A DNA stretch of 64,000 nucleotides from the human T2T-CHM13v2.0 reference genome, Homo sapiens. Both the position numbers and the translations under genes were made by a program. Shown piece after piece: positions 34,531 through 46,590 of this stretch. Under the pieces are notes generated by a model, which worked only from the letters and a program-made list of their open reading frames with translations, made no database searches and was not told the origin of the DNA. The DNA is taken from the NCBI RefSeq assembly GCF_009914755.1, contig NC_060947.1; one strand, 5' to 3'. Each line of letters begins with the position of its first letter. The first letter of the stretch is position 1.

Positions 34531-35000
34531 TCCCACTGCAGTTCTTGATGGATCTCCTCAAAAGACTCAGATTGTTCCTCATGGTATTTCAGATGGCTTA
34601 AATGATAATTCTTGGTGCAAACAACTAGCAAACATAGTCATAGGCATTTATACATTTCCATTTTGACCTATTTCTTTATAAACAGCTTATATCTGCTCAT
34701 AACCGTTATACTGGTGCAACTGTTGTTCATACACCAGCTTGTTAATGCTTGCAAAACTTGCTATGTTTTTATTGCCTATGCTGTTGTAGGTGGACTATAA
34801 GGTATTCTTTGTATTTTTATATGTTTGTTAAATAAATTCCCTTTTAAAAATATAAATGAGTACTATTAATGCTATTTTAAACAACTGTTTTTGAATTATA
34901 TTTTTGGGATTTTACTTTTTCAACACTTTTAACATTCGAGATTAGGCATATGGAATTGTGATTGTGTCTTTTGGTCTTTTGGGATTATGACTAGCTCTCT

Positions 35001-35002
35001 AT

Positions 35003-35033
<31 letters not shown>

Positions 35034-35325
35034 TTTTTCTGTAACAGAGTCTCGCTCTGTCACCTGGAGTGTAGTGTTGGGGCTTGATTATGACTAATTG
35101 CAGCCTCAAACTGAGCTCTAGGGATCCTTCCACCTCTGCCTCCTGAGTAGCAGGGACTACAGGTGCACACCACCAAGCTGGAAAATTTTTAAAGATATAT
35201 ATATATATATATAGTATTTTTCTCTGTAAAAAGAACATCTCAGTTATGTTGCCCAGATTGTTGAAGTCCTGGGCTCAAAGGATCCTCGCACCTCAGCCTC
35301 CCAAAGCACTGGGATTACAGGCAAA
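35001..35325 (-). mobile_element. AluJ with (TTTA)n tail and (TA)n linker
   Basis: Diverged dimer with AluJ-type 'gcagcctcaaac' and 'gggctcaa'. Confidence 0.9.
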
Positions 35326-35639
35326 TACACCAAAATGTCAGTGTAAATTCACACACTTTTACATACACAGATATGCATAAATACAATAATTCAAAGTGAC
35401 ATGTAGACATATAACACAGGTACTTATGCATAAACACACAACTCAGACACAAACATATCTATTGAAATACACAATAATGTCGTGACCTTCTCACTAATGA
35501 TTAAAATTCAACTGTTCACAATTGATTAAAAAAATGCTCATGCTTTAAATAATAGAAATGAAGAAATCCACTCTATAGCTACACTTCACTGCCACTTCGT
35601 TTCTTATGAGGTGATAATGTGAAGAAATCTTAAAGACTT

Positions 35640-37172
35640 AAAAGCCCAGGGAAGTTGGGGGCTTCTAGAATAAAGATCTGCTAAGTAAAATCACTAAAAG
35701 TGCACATTAGAAACATTCTGTAAAATTAGCTAAATTATTTTTATTTTTGTTTTTTTTAGAGACATTGTCTCACTGTGTCACCCAGGCTGGAGTGCAGTGA
35801 CATGATACTACTTCACTGCATCCTCAAACTCAGGTGGGCTCAAGTGATCCTTTTGCCACAGCCTCCTGAGTAGCTGGATTACAGGTGCATGCCATCATGT
35901 CTGGTTCAAATTGTTTTCACTTTCACGCCCTGCTGGAAACTTGCTGCTGCTCTAATTCATGACTTGGAGAGGCAAAACTGAAAAAAGCTATTGCTTGGTT
36001 CAGGTGTTTTGTGAGAATCCAGAAAAAAAAGGTCTGAACTGAAAATCTCCATCTCCATCACCCAAATTTTAAACTGGTACACTGTCCAAAAGACACTTGG
36101 CGTTGTTCCCTAATGAAAAGCCAAAAACACCAGACTGTGCAATTATGGATGGTTCAAAGGTATGTTCTTGGTTAGCAACAGTAATGTTTCATAGCCTCAG
36201 GCTATCACAGAGGCTTTGGAGCTTTTTGATACTTATGATTGTACTCCATACATTTTTTAAAGATATCAGTGAACATTTTTATTGTGTTCTTTTAGCACTT
36301 ACTTCATGGAGGTGATCTCTCCTTTTATAAAGGTCAATTCTACATCTTTGCTCTGTATTTGCTGAGTATATATCTTCTCCATCTGTTTCAGATGGCCCTC
36401 AGCTTTGTTGAAAGTGTATTCTTGATAGAGAGACTCCTGATATACCTAATATGTTCAGAAGTATAGTGCTCAGGCGCTAATATTCAACACCATCTCTGGT
36501 TGCAGTCCTGCCAATACCATAGCTTTATATTCCTCTGATGGACTGAGTTCTGTGAGGACAATATCTAGCCAGAAAGATTATTTGTGCAGGCAAGACAGAT
36601 AGCTGGTCAACGACTAAACTCAGAACGGACATACTGACCACAGAAGATGTGAGAACAGGTGGTGACCCATGCAAAACCAGAAAGTTTGATGTGACGTTAT
36701 CGAAAATTATGAAGCAGCATGTCTTCACAAAAAGACATAATAAGATAGTGAAGTCTCTGGAAGCTGAAAAGAGTCCATAAAAGAAAACTTCAGTCATCAT
36801 TTATTGTACATCCAAGATTTATAGCAACAAAGAGGTCCAGTCTGGAAGAGTGAGACTCAGATCTAGTTTTGGTCTTCTGAAATTTTACTTCTCTTGTATT
36901 ACATGTATTTACCTTCTATCTAAGAATCAAGTTGAACTACAAGGATCTATCAGATACCTAGAATCATCTCTTTATGGTCCCATCAGCCTAATTTAACCCT
37001 CCCTATTGAGAATGTCCAAATCCCAGCCCACTTCATTTTCAAGGGATCTCCAGACGTTATAGAGGCTTTCACAAGGCCAACTTTGGGCTGGCACACAGAC
37101 AGCCAAAGACCCAGGCTATCCCTCCTCAGTTGAATTCATCTTCAATCAGCCCACCAAAATGGAGAAGGAGAG
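35640..37172 (-). pseudogene. CCNB1IP1: Processed pseudogene of CCNB1IP1 (HEI10, RING E3 ligase); CDS homology 36738 to 35906 plus both UTRs
   Basis: Manual minus-strand translation: MSFCEDMLLHNFR*RHIKLSGFAWVTTCSHIFC...LDIVLTELSPSEEYKAMVLAGLQPEMVLNIS...YQESLYQEYTFNKAEGHLKQMEKIYTQQIQSKDVELT...; collinear with HEI10, intronless, many stops and frameshifts. The 3' boundary is uncertain. Confidence 0.95.
35738..35905 (-). mobile_element. FRAM/AluJ right monomer directly after the pseudogene stop codon
   Basis: Alu right-arm sequence starts immediately 3' of the TGA at 35906-35908 (minus). Confidence 0.85.
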
Positions 37173-37844
37173 TCATTCTGTTTTTCTGGAGCATCATTAG
37201 TACAGAACAGAATTGTTTTCTCAGTCATTCCAATCAACTGTTGAAAAGTTCACTTTTTAAAAATATAGTTAAATTCTAGTCAACAAAGAAAAATACATAA
37301 ACATGGTTTTAGAATAAAGTCAAAACTAAATGTATATCTAAATATTTAAATACAAGCATATTTCCTCCTTTTATATTGCCCATAATTGCAATACTAAAAG
37401 CAACAGATAGTAAAGCAATTAAAAGCCAACCAAAAGGCCTCATTATATAAAACTCAAAATATTACATTTAAAACATTTATATATTTATTTATAGATAGAT
37501 AAGTAGGTTGTAGGTGTATCTACCTATTTATTTAACTGCATATACATTTTTATAAAGTGAGATAAAACTTCTTAGGTAATAAGACCTGTTGAAACAATTT
37601 CTCCCCACAAGAAACTACGTGGTGGGTATTAAAGTTTACCAAGTGGCTTATATAATTATCCTTTGCCCAAAGAATTTTACCTATAAAATGACTGAAATTG
37701 ATGGGGAAAGGAGGCAAATGGAATATAGATTTAGTTGTTATGGAGGTTGATATGAAATATGTGACTGAAGAAAAAAGATACATAACAACAATTTTTGGCA
37801 TTGGAAATTTTATAGTTCTAGATTAATGTATTGAAAGCAAAGTT

Positions 37845-39744
37845 TTGTATTGGTTCCATATGAAATTTAAGGTAGTTTTTTCTAATTCTGTGAAGAAAGT
37901 CAATGGTAGCTTGATGGGGATAGCATGGATTCTATAAATTACTTTGAGCAGTATGGCCATTTTCATGATATTGATTCTTCCTATCCATGAGCATGGAATG
38001 TTTTTCCATCTGTTTGTTTCGTCTCTTATTTCCTTGAGCAGTAGTTTGTAGTTCTCCTTGAAGAGGTCCTTCACATCCTTTGTAAGTTGTATTTCTAGGT
38101 ATTTTATTCTGTTTGTAGCAATTGTGAATGGGAGTTCACTCATGATTCAGCTCTGTTTGCCTATTATTGGTGTATAGGAATGCTTGTGATTTTTGTACAT
38201 TGATTTTGTATCCTCAGACTTTGCTGAAGTTGCTTATTGTATAGCCAAGAAAATCCTAAGCAAAAACAACAAAGCTGGAGGCATCATGCTACCTGACTTC
38301 AAACTATACTACAATGCTACAGTAGCCAAAACAGCATGGTACTGGTACCAAAACAGACATATAGACCAATGGAACAGAACTGCAGCCTCAGAAATAACAG
38401 AAATAGATTACACACGTCTACAACCATCTGCTCTTTGAGAAACCTGACAAAAACAAGCAATAGGGAAAACAGTCCCTATGTAATAAATGGTGTTGGGAAA
38501 ACTGGTTAGCCATAGGCAGAAAACTGAAACTGGACCCCTTCCTTACACTTTATACAAAAATTAACTCAAGATGGATTAAAGATTTAAATGTCAGACCTAA
38601 AACCATAAAAACCCTGGAAGGAAACCTAGGTAATACTATTCAGGACATAAGCATGGGCAAAGACTTTATGAATAAAGCACCAAAAGCAATGGCAACAAAA
38701 GCCAGAATTGACAAATGGGATCGAATTAAACTAAAGAGCTTCTGCACAGCAAAAGAAACTATCATCAGAGTGAACAAGTAACCTAGAGAATGGGAGAAAG
38801 TTTTTGCAATCTATCCCTCTGACAAAGGGCTAATATCCAGAATCTACAAGGAACTTAAACAAATTCACAAGAAAAAAAAAAACCCATCAGAAAGTGGGTG
38901 AAGGATATGAACAGACACTTCTCAAAAGAAGACATTTATGTGGCCAACAAACATATGAAAAAAAAGCTCATCAGCACTGGTCATTAGAGAAATGCAAATC
39001 AAAACCACAATGAGATACCATCTCACACCAGTTAGAATGGCGATCATTAAAAAGTCAGGAAACAACAGATGCTGAAGAGGATGTGGAGAAACAGGAACAT
39101 TTTTACACTGTTGGTGGGAGTGTAAATTAGTTCAACCATTGTGGAAGACAGTGTGGTGACTCCTCAAGGATCTAGAACCAGAAATACCATTTGACTCAAC
39201 AATTCCATTACTGGGTATATACCCAAAGGATTATAAATCATTCTACTATAAAGACACACACACACACGTATGTTTATTGCAGCACTGTTCACAATATGAA
39301 AGACTTGAAACCAACCCAATTGCCCATCAACTATACTGGATAAAGAAAATGTGGCACATATACACCATGAAATACTATGCAGCCATAAAAAATGTTTAGT
39401 TCATGTCCTTTGCAAGGATATAGATGAAGCTGGAAACCACCATTCTCAGCAAACTAACACAGGAACAAAAAACCAAACACCGCATATTCTCACTCATAAG
39501 TGGGAGTTGAACAATGAGAATACATGGACACAGGGAGGGGAACATCACACTCCAGGGCCTGTCAGGGGCTGGGGACTAGAGGAGGGATAGCATTAGGAGA
39601 AATACATAACGTAGATGACGGGATGATGGGTGCAGCAAACCACCATGGCATGTGTATACCTATGTAAAAAACCTGCATGCTCTGCACATGTATCCCAGAA
39701 CTTAAAGGATAATTTAAAAAATAAAAATTTAAATTTAAAAAAAC
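37845..39744 (+). mobile_element. 5'-inverted L1PA7/8-like element (inverted part 37845-~38237 minus; 3' part ~38238-39744 plus)
   Basis: ORF2 strand switch at 'gcttattgtatagccaag'; TSD aaagcaaagtt at 37834-37844 and 39745-39755. Confidence 0.95.
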
Positions 39745-39919
39745 AAAGCAAAGTTATTATTCTTTACCACAAAAGAAAAACAATGACTTTGAAGGAAAAG
39801 GTGTCTCAGTTTTTAATTGATATAGTAACTCAAGTGAAACCAATAATTTACATATACTCGTAGCATTTACATATTTTTTCTCAAAAGTTTAAATACTTCT
39901 TTAAGTTAAAAATTATATA

Positions 39920-40105
39920 TTAAGCACTCAAAATATATCAAATGTGCTAAGCACCTAATGCGAGATAGCATATTTAATCCTCAGAAGAATCCTATGAAGC
40001 AGATACTATCTTTATTCTAATTTTACAAAAAAAAGTTTGTGCCTCAAAGAACTAATTTACTAAAACTAATACAGTTAGTAAGTGGCAGAACCACGCCCTA
40101 AACCA
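39920..40105. mobile_element. MIR
   Basis: 'tgtgctaagcac...atttaatcctca...cctatgaagcagatactat...attttaca...tagtaagtggcagaacc'. Confidence 0.75.
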
Positions 40106-41390
40106 ATAATTATCTTATTTTATGGTCTTGTTTTTATGCACTATGCTTTGGGATGTTTAGATGCAAGTTTGAGATCTCATTGTCATGTAGCTGTGTGGTG
40201 TCTATGTTTATTTGTGCCATGCCTAGTACTGTTTCTAGCCATGGTAAATGCTATATGTATTGTAGCTCTTAACTCCTACTTCACAGACCTATACTGAGAC
40301 TAAAGTTAAATAACATATGTAATTTGGATGTAAAATCCAAAATTTAATATAAATGCTAATGATGTTTAGTATTACAATCCATGTAGCCCATACATGTAAA
40401 GAAAGCAAATTTGCACTTGAATGAAAGAAAAGCAAGAGTAAATAAGTAAAATCAGCATACTGTTGCCATATCACCTCCATTGATCCAAAATCAATCAGAG
40501 AAAACGTTGAATTTCCAAAACCAAAGACAATTTATTATGGACATAATATTGAATAAGTTTACACAAACTACAAACACAATATGGTGGGTGGGTTTGGAAC
40601 ACATTCAATTTCAACACCTCTTACCTAGATCTTAATAAAGCTATTAGCTAAAAAAACAAGGAATGACCTGTGAATTTGATTTTTTTCTATGAAAATTCAA
40701 ATTTGGCAGATCTCCTTCTTCTCTTCCACAATATTCTTGTCCCATGATTGTGACCATTTAAAGAATTATAAAATAGAATTACAATTTGCATTTTTTTGTT
40801 TCTGCACTATAATATCTCAGAATTTATAATTGATTTTAAATACATAATCTATTTTCAGATATATTGTTAAGTATAAAGGGTGAAGGGATAGAGAAGATGC
40901 TTTCTCTAATGTATTTTTGTCAAACATTTTGTAGAGAATCTTTCCTTACTTCAAAATGTTTCCTAAAATTGGAACTTTGTTGTTGTGTCCTGATATTTCA
41001 GATAGAGTACTTAGTCTGTTAATACATACAGGTTTAAATTACCAAATTCAAGGAGTTCGGCTACCTCAAATTATTAATTTGTTTTTGTTTATTTACAGTA
41101 AGTAAATTCACTTTTTTTATAATACTAAAATAACCAAAACAATTGATGGTATCAATCAGGTTACTTCAAGTAACTGAAATAATTCTACTGCAGTAAAACA
41201 ATCAATAGATTCAGATATGGTTTATTTGATTTAGTTGTAGAAGTGATGAAACCAATGAGATCACATCTAAAATATGTCTAAAGTGATACTATATGATTTC
41301 TATGCACAAGTTTTTGAACAGCATTATAATGAAGAAAATAAACAGACTTCTGGATTAGTATTTTGAAGAGGCTTAAAATAAAAGAAAGTA

Positions 41391-41800
<410 letters not shown>

Positions 41801-41809
41801 CTAAAACAA

Positions 41810-44800
41810 GGTAGATAGGAGGCAGGAATAACTTACAGCTCTCACTCAGATGGACAGAGCAGTGTTTGGAGACTCACATCGTGAACTTTTGCTCCAAGAA
41901 CTACCACAGGAACGTACCAGGAAAGCTGAGAAGAGCCACAGTAAAAGAAGCAGCTTGCCACTGCAGTCTCTGTGAGACCGCCAAAAATCCGTGAATATCC
42001 AAAGTGTGAAAGGGGGAAAGGCCACCCCTTAAAACACATCCTCACTGGAGAACCTGAAGGTCCAGCTCCCAGGAGAAGGATTTAACTTAGCTGGAGCAGA
42101 GTTGAATTTAGAGAGGCTAGCGAAATACAGGGACAGAAAAGCAAATGGGGCGAACTCTGTGGGCACTCTCAGTCCCCAGGGATGCCATTTCTGGCTTTGT
42201 ACCACAGTGGTCTTTGGGAGGGCTGCCAGTGAAATTGGGAACAAGACACAGGGAGAAGGAAACTCTAGGGGAGGGGGCGAACTGGGAGTTCAGCTGTGAG
42301 CACAGAAGCCATGGCAGGCAGGAAGGCATGAAACCTGAAAGCCCTGCTTGCCTTCTCTGTGGGGAGGCTTGCAGCCTAGGGCAAGTTCTCAGACCTGCTC
42401 ACTGGCTGCCTAAAAATAGACTCAGCCATGTAGGGGGTGGGGGGCACCATGAGAGTGAGACTGACCTTTCTGGCTGCATGGAAGCTGAGTGAGGCCTGTC
42501 ACTCCTGCCTTTCCCCCACTTCCCTGGTGACATGTATGACACAGCAGAGACAGCCATAATCCCCCTGAGAACATAACTCCATTGGCTTGCGGACAATACC
42601 CCAATCCCCCACAGCAGCCACAGCAACCCTCACCCAAGAAGAGTGTCAACTCAGACATGCCTAATCCTGCCCCCATGTGATGGTCTTTTTCTACCTGTCC
42701 TAGTAGCCAAAGACAAGGACATAATCTTTTGAGAGCTCTATGGCCCCACCCACTGCCTAAGAAACCAAAATACCCACTGCAGGCAACCCTAGGGTAAGGT
42801 TGTATCCTCCATGTACTACCACAACTGATGCTCTCTTGAAAGTGCCACCTCCTAGCTGGAGGCCAACCAACCCAAAACCAGCACACAAAACAAAACTACA
42901 ACCAAGGACAATCACAGAGTCCACCTCACTACCCCACTACTTCCAATGGAGCCAGCACTGGTATCCATGGCTGAGAGACCTGAAGATGAATCACCACACG
43001 GACTCTCTGAAGACACTCCCCAGCACCACCCCAGAGCCCTGTAGCTCTGCTGGGTGGCTAGACCCAGAAAATAAGTAAAAATCACTGCAGTTCGGGTCTC
43101 AGGAATCCTCTCCATAGGAGAAGGGGGAGAGAACTACATCAAGGGAGCGTCCCATGAGAAAAAAGAATCTGAACAGTAGCCCTTGAGCCCCAGATCTTCC
43201 CTCTGACATAGTATACCCAAATGAGAAGGAACCAGAAAAACAAATCTAGTAATATAGCAAAACGAGGTTCTTTAACATCCCCAATAGATCACACTAGCTC
43301 ACAAGCAATGGATCAAAACCAAGAAGAAATCTCTGAGTTGTCAGAAAAAAATTCAGAAGATTGATTATTAAGCTACTCAAGGAAGCACCAAAAAAGGTGA
43401 ATACCAACTTAAAAATAAAAATAAAAAAAATGATTGGAAAAATCTCCAGAGAAATAGCATAAATAAAAAACAATCACAACTCCTAAAAATGAAGTAGAAA
43501 CTTAGAGAAAGTCAAAATATATTGGAAAGTCTCAACAATAGAATTAAACAAATAAAATAAAGAACTTCAGAGCTCAAAGACAAGGCTTGAAAATTTACCC
43601 AATTTGACAACATCAAATTAAAAAATTAAAAAATGAACAAGACATCCAAGAATTTTGGGATTATGTTAAACATCCAAACCTAAGAATAATTCATGTTCCC
43701 AAGGAAGAAGAGAAATCTGAAAGTTTGGGAAACATATTCAAGAGAACAATCAAGGAAAAATTCCTGGTCTTGCTAGAGATCTAGACATTGAAATACAAGA
43801 AGCTCAAAGAACACCCCCAAAATTAATTACAAAACAGATCATCGGGTAGACACTTGGTCATCAGGTTATCTAAAATCAAGATGAAGGAATGAATCTTAAG
43901 AGCTGGGAGGCAAAAGCATCAGGTAACCTATAGAGGGAAATCTATCAGATTAACAGCAGATTTCTCAGCAGAAACCCTACAAGCTAAAAGCGATTGGGGT
44001 CCTCTCTTCACCTTCCTAAACAAAACAACTATCAGCCAAGAATTGTGTATTCAGCTAAACTAAGCTTCGTAAATGAAGAAAAGATAGTCTTTTTTCAGAC
44101 AAACAAATGCCGAGAGAATTCGTCACTACCAAGCCAGCACTGCAAGAACTGCTAAAGGGAGCTCTAAATCTTGAAACAAATCTTCAAAATATACAAAAAT
44201 AGAACCTCCTTAAAGCCTAAATTTCACAGGTCCTATAAAACAACACAATGAAAAGAAACCAAGGTATTCAGGCAACAAATAGCATGATAAATAGAATACT
44301 ACCTTACATCTCAATACTAACATTGAATGTAAATGGCCTACATGCTTCACTTAAAAGATATGGAATGGCAGAATGGAAAAGAATTCATCAGCCAAGTACC
44401 TGATGTCTTCAAGAGACTCACATAACACATAAGGACTTGCATAAACTTAATGTAGAAAGATATTCCGTGCAAATGGACATCAAAAGCAAGCAAGAGTAGC
44501 TATTCTTATATCAGAAAAAAACAGACTTTAAAGCAACAACAGTTAAAAAAGACAAAGAAGGACATTATATAATGATAAAAAGACTAGTCCAACAGGAAAA
44601 TATCACAATCCTGAATATATATGCACCTAACACTGAAGCTCCCAAATTCACAAAACAATTACTACTAGGCCTAAAGAAAATGAGATAGACTGCAAAGCAA
44701 ATATAGTGGTTGACTTCAATACTCCACTGACAGCACTAAACAAGTCTTCAAAACAGAAAGTCAACAAAGAAACAATGGACTTAAATTATACCTTATAATG

Positions 44801-46590
44801 AATTTATTAACAGATATTCATAGAACATTCTACCCCCAAAATGCAGAATATACATTCTTTTCATTAGCACATGGAACATATTCCAACTTAGACCATATAT
44901 TAGGCCACGAAACAAGTCTCAATAAATTTTAAAAAATATAAATTATAGCAAGTATGTTCTGTCCAGAGTGGAATAAAATTAGAAATCTACTCATAAAGAA
45001 CTCTCAAAACCATGCAAGTACATGGAAATTAAATAACCTGCTTCTGAATGATCATCGGATCAACAATGAAATTAACATGAAAATTTAAAAAATTCTTTGA
45101 ACTAAATGATAATGGTGACACAACCTATCAAAACCCCTGGGATACAGCAAAAGCGTTGCTAAGAAGAAAGTTTACAGCATTAAATGCCTACATTAAAAAG
45201 TCTGAAAGAGCACAAATAGACAATCTAAGGTCACATCTCAAGGAACTACAGAAACAAGAGCAAACCAAACCCAAAGCTGGCAGAGGAAAAGAAATAACAA
45301 AAATCAAAGCAGAAATAAATAGAACTAAAACAAACAAAAAAAAGGTACAAAAGTAAGTGAAACAAAGAGCTGGTCCTTTGAAAATATAAACAAAATTGAT
45401 AGACCATTAGCGAGATTAATTAAGAAGAAAGAAGACACAAATAAGCTCAATTAGAAAAGAAACAGGAGATATCACAACCAATACCACAGAAATACAAAAG
45501 ATTACTCAAGACTACTATGAACATTTTTACATGCACAAACTAGAAAACCTAGAGGAGAAGGATAAATTCCTGGAAATATACAACTCTCCTAGTTTAAACC
45601 AGGAAGAAATAGAAACTCTGGACAAACCAATAACAAGCAGCAAGATTAAGAAGGTAATTAAAAAATTGCCAATAAAAAAAAGTCCGGGACCAGATGGATT
45701 CACAGCTGCATTCTACCAAACATTCAAAGACGAATTGGTACTAATTCTAATGTCACTATTCTGTGGAATAGAGAAAGAGGAAATCCTCCCTAAATCATCA
45801 TATGAAGCCAGTATCACCCTAAAACCAAAACCAGGGAAGACCATAACAAAAAGAAAAAAAAAAAAGAAAAAGAAAAAGAAAACCACAGACCAATATCCCT
45901 GATGAACATAGATACAAAAATCCTCAACAAAATACTAGCTAGCCAAATCCACCAACATGTCCCAAATATAGTCCACCATAATCAAGTGGGTTTTATACCA
46001 AGGATGCAGTGATGGCTTAACATCCACAAATCAATAATGTAACACACCACATAAACAGAATTGAAATAAAAAATCACATGATCATCTCAAAAGATGAAGA
46101 AAAAGCATTTGACAAAATCCAGCATCCCTTTATGATAAAAACTCTCATCAAAATAAGCATAGAAGGGACATAACTTAAGGTAATAAAGGCATCTATGACA
46201 AACCCACAGTCAACATTACACTGAACAGAAATAATTTGAAAGCATTCCGCCTGAGAACTGGAACAAGACAAGGATGCCCAGTTTCACCCTTTCCATTAAA
46301 CATAGATTGGAAGTCTTAGCCAGAGCAATCCAGACAAGAGGAAGAAACACAGAGCATCCGTATAGCTAAGCTATGAGGGTGCAAAGGCATAAGAATGATA
46401 CAATGTACTTTGGGGACTCCAGGGAAAGGGTGGCCGGGGTTGGGGGAGAGTAGTAAAAGACTACACATTGATTGGGTAGAGTGTACGCTGCTCGGGGCAG
46501 ATGTGCCAATATTTCAAAAATCACCACTAAATAACTTATCTATGTAACCAACCACGACCTGTTTCTCAAAAACCTATTGAAATAATAAAA
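41810..46590 (+). mobile_element. L1PB-like element: 5'UTR, ORF1, ORF2 N-terminal half, then a jump to the 3'UTR at ~46360
   Basis: GC-rich 5'UTR 41810-43200; ORF remnants (45156-45356, 45531-45902 [10 protein letters not shown]); L1PB 3' end 'gctaagctatgagg...ggcataagaatgatacaatg...aacctattgaaataa'. Confidence 0.9.

Larger units (their letters stand above)
31921..34999 (+). mobile_element. Ricksha (MULE-MuDR/Mutator superfamily) DNA transposon with both TIRs
   Basis: Left end gggtttggatcataatcc with 'aaaatccc'-type subrepeats; right end has complementary 'gggatt' subrepeats ending gggattatga; internal MLT2 LTR and MULE transposase remnant. Confidence 0.9.

Noticed and set aside
36097-36800. 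Track ORFs 36097-36315 (+) and 36525-36800 (-) as novel proteins
   Set aside because: They are antisense or mostly off-frame readings of the CCNB1IP1 pseudogene.
41842-43115. GC-rich ORF cluster or CpG-island promoter
   Set aside because: It is the CpG-depleted L1PB 5'UTR.
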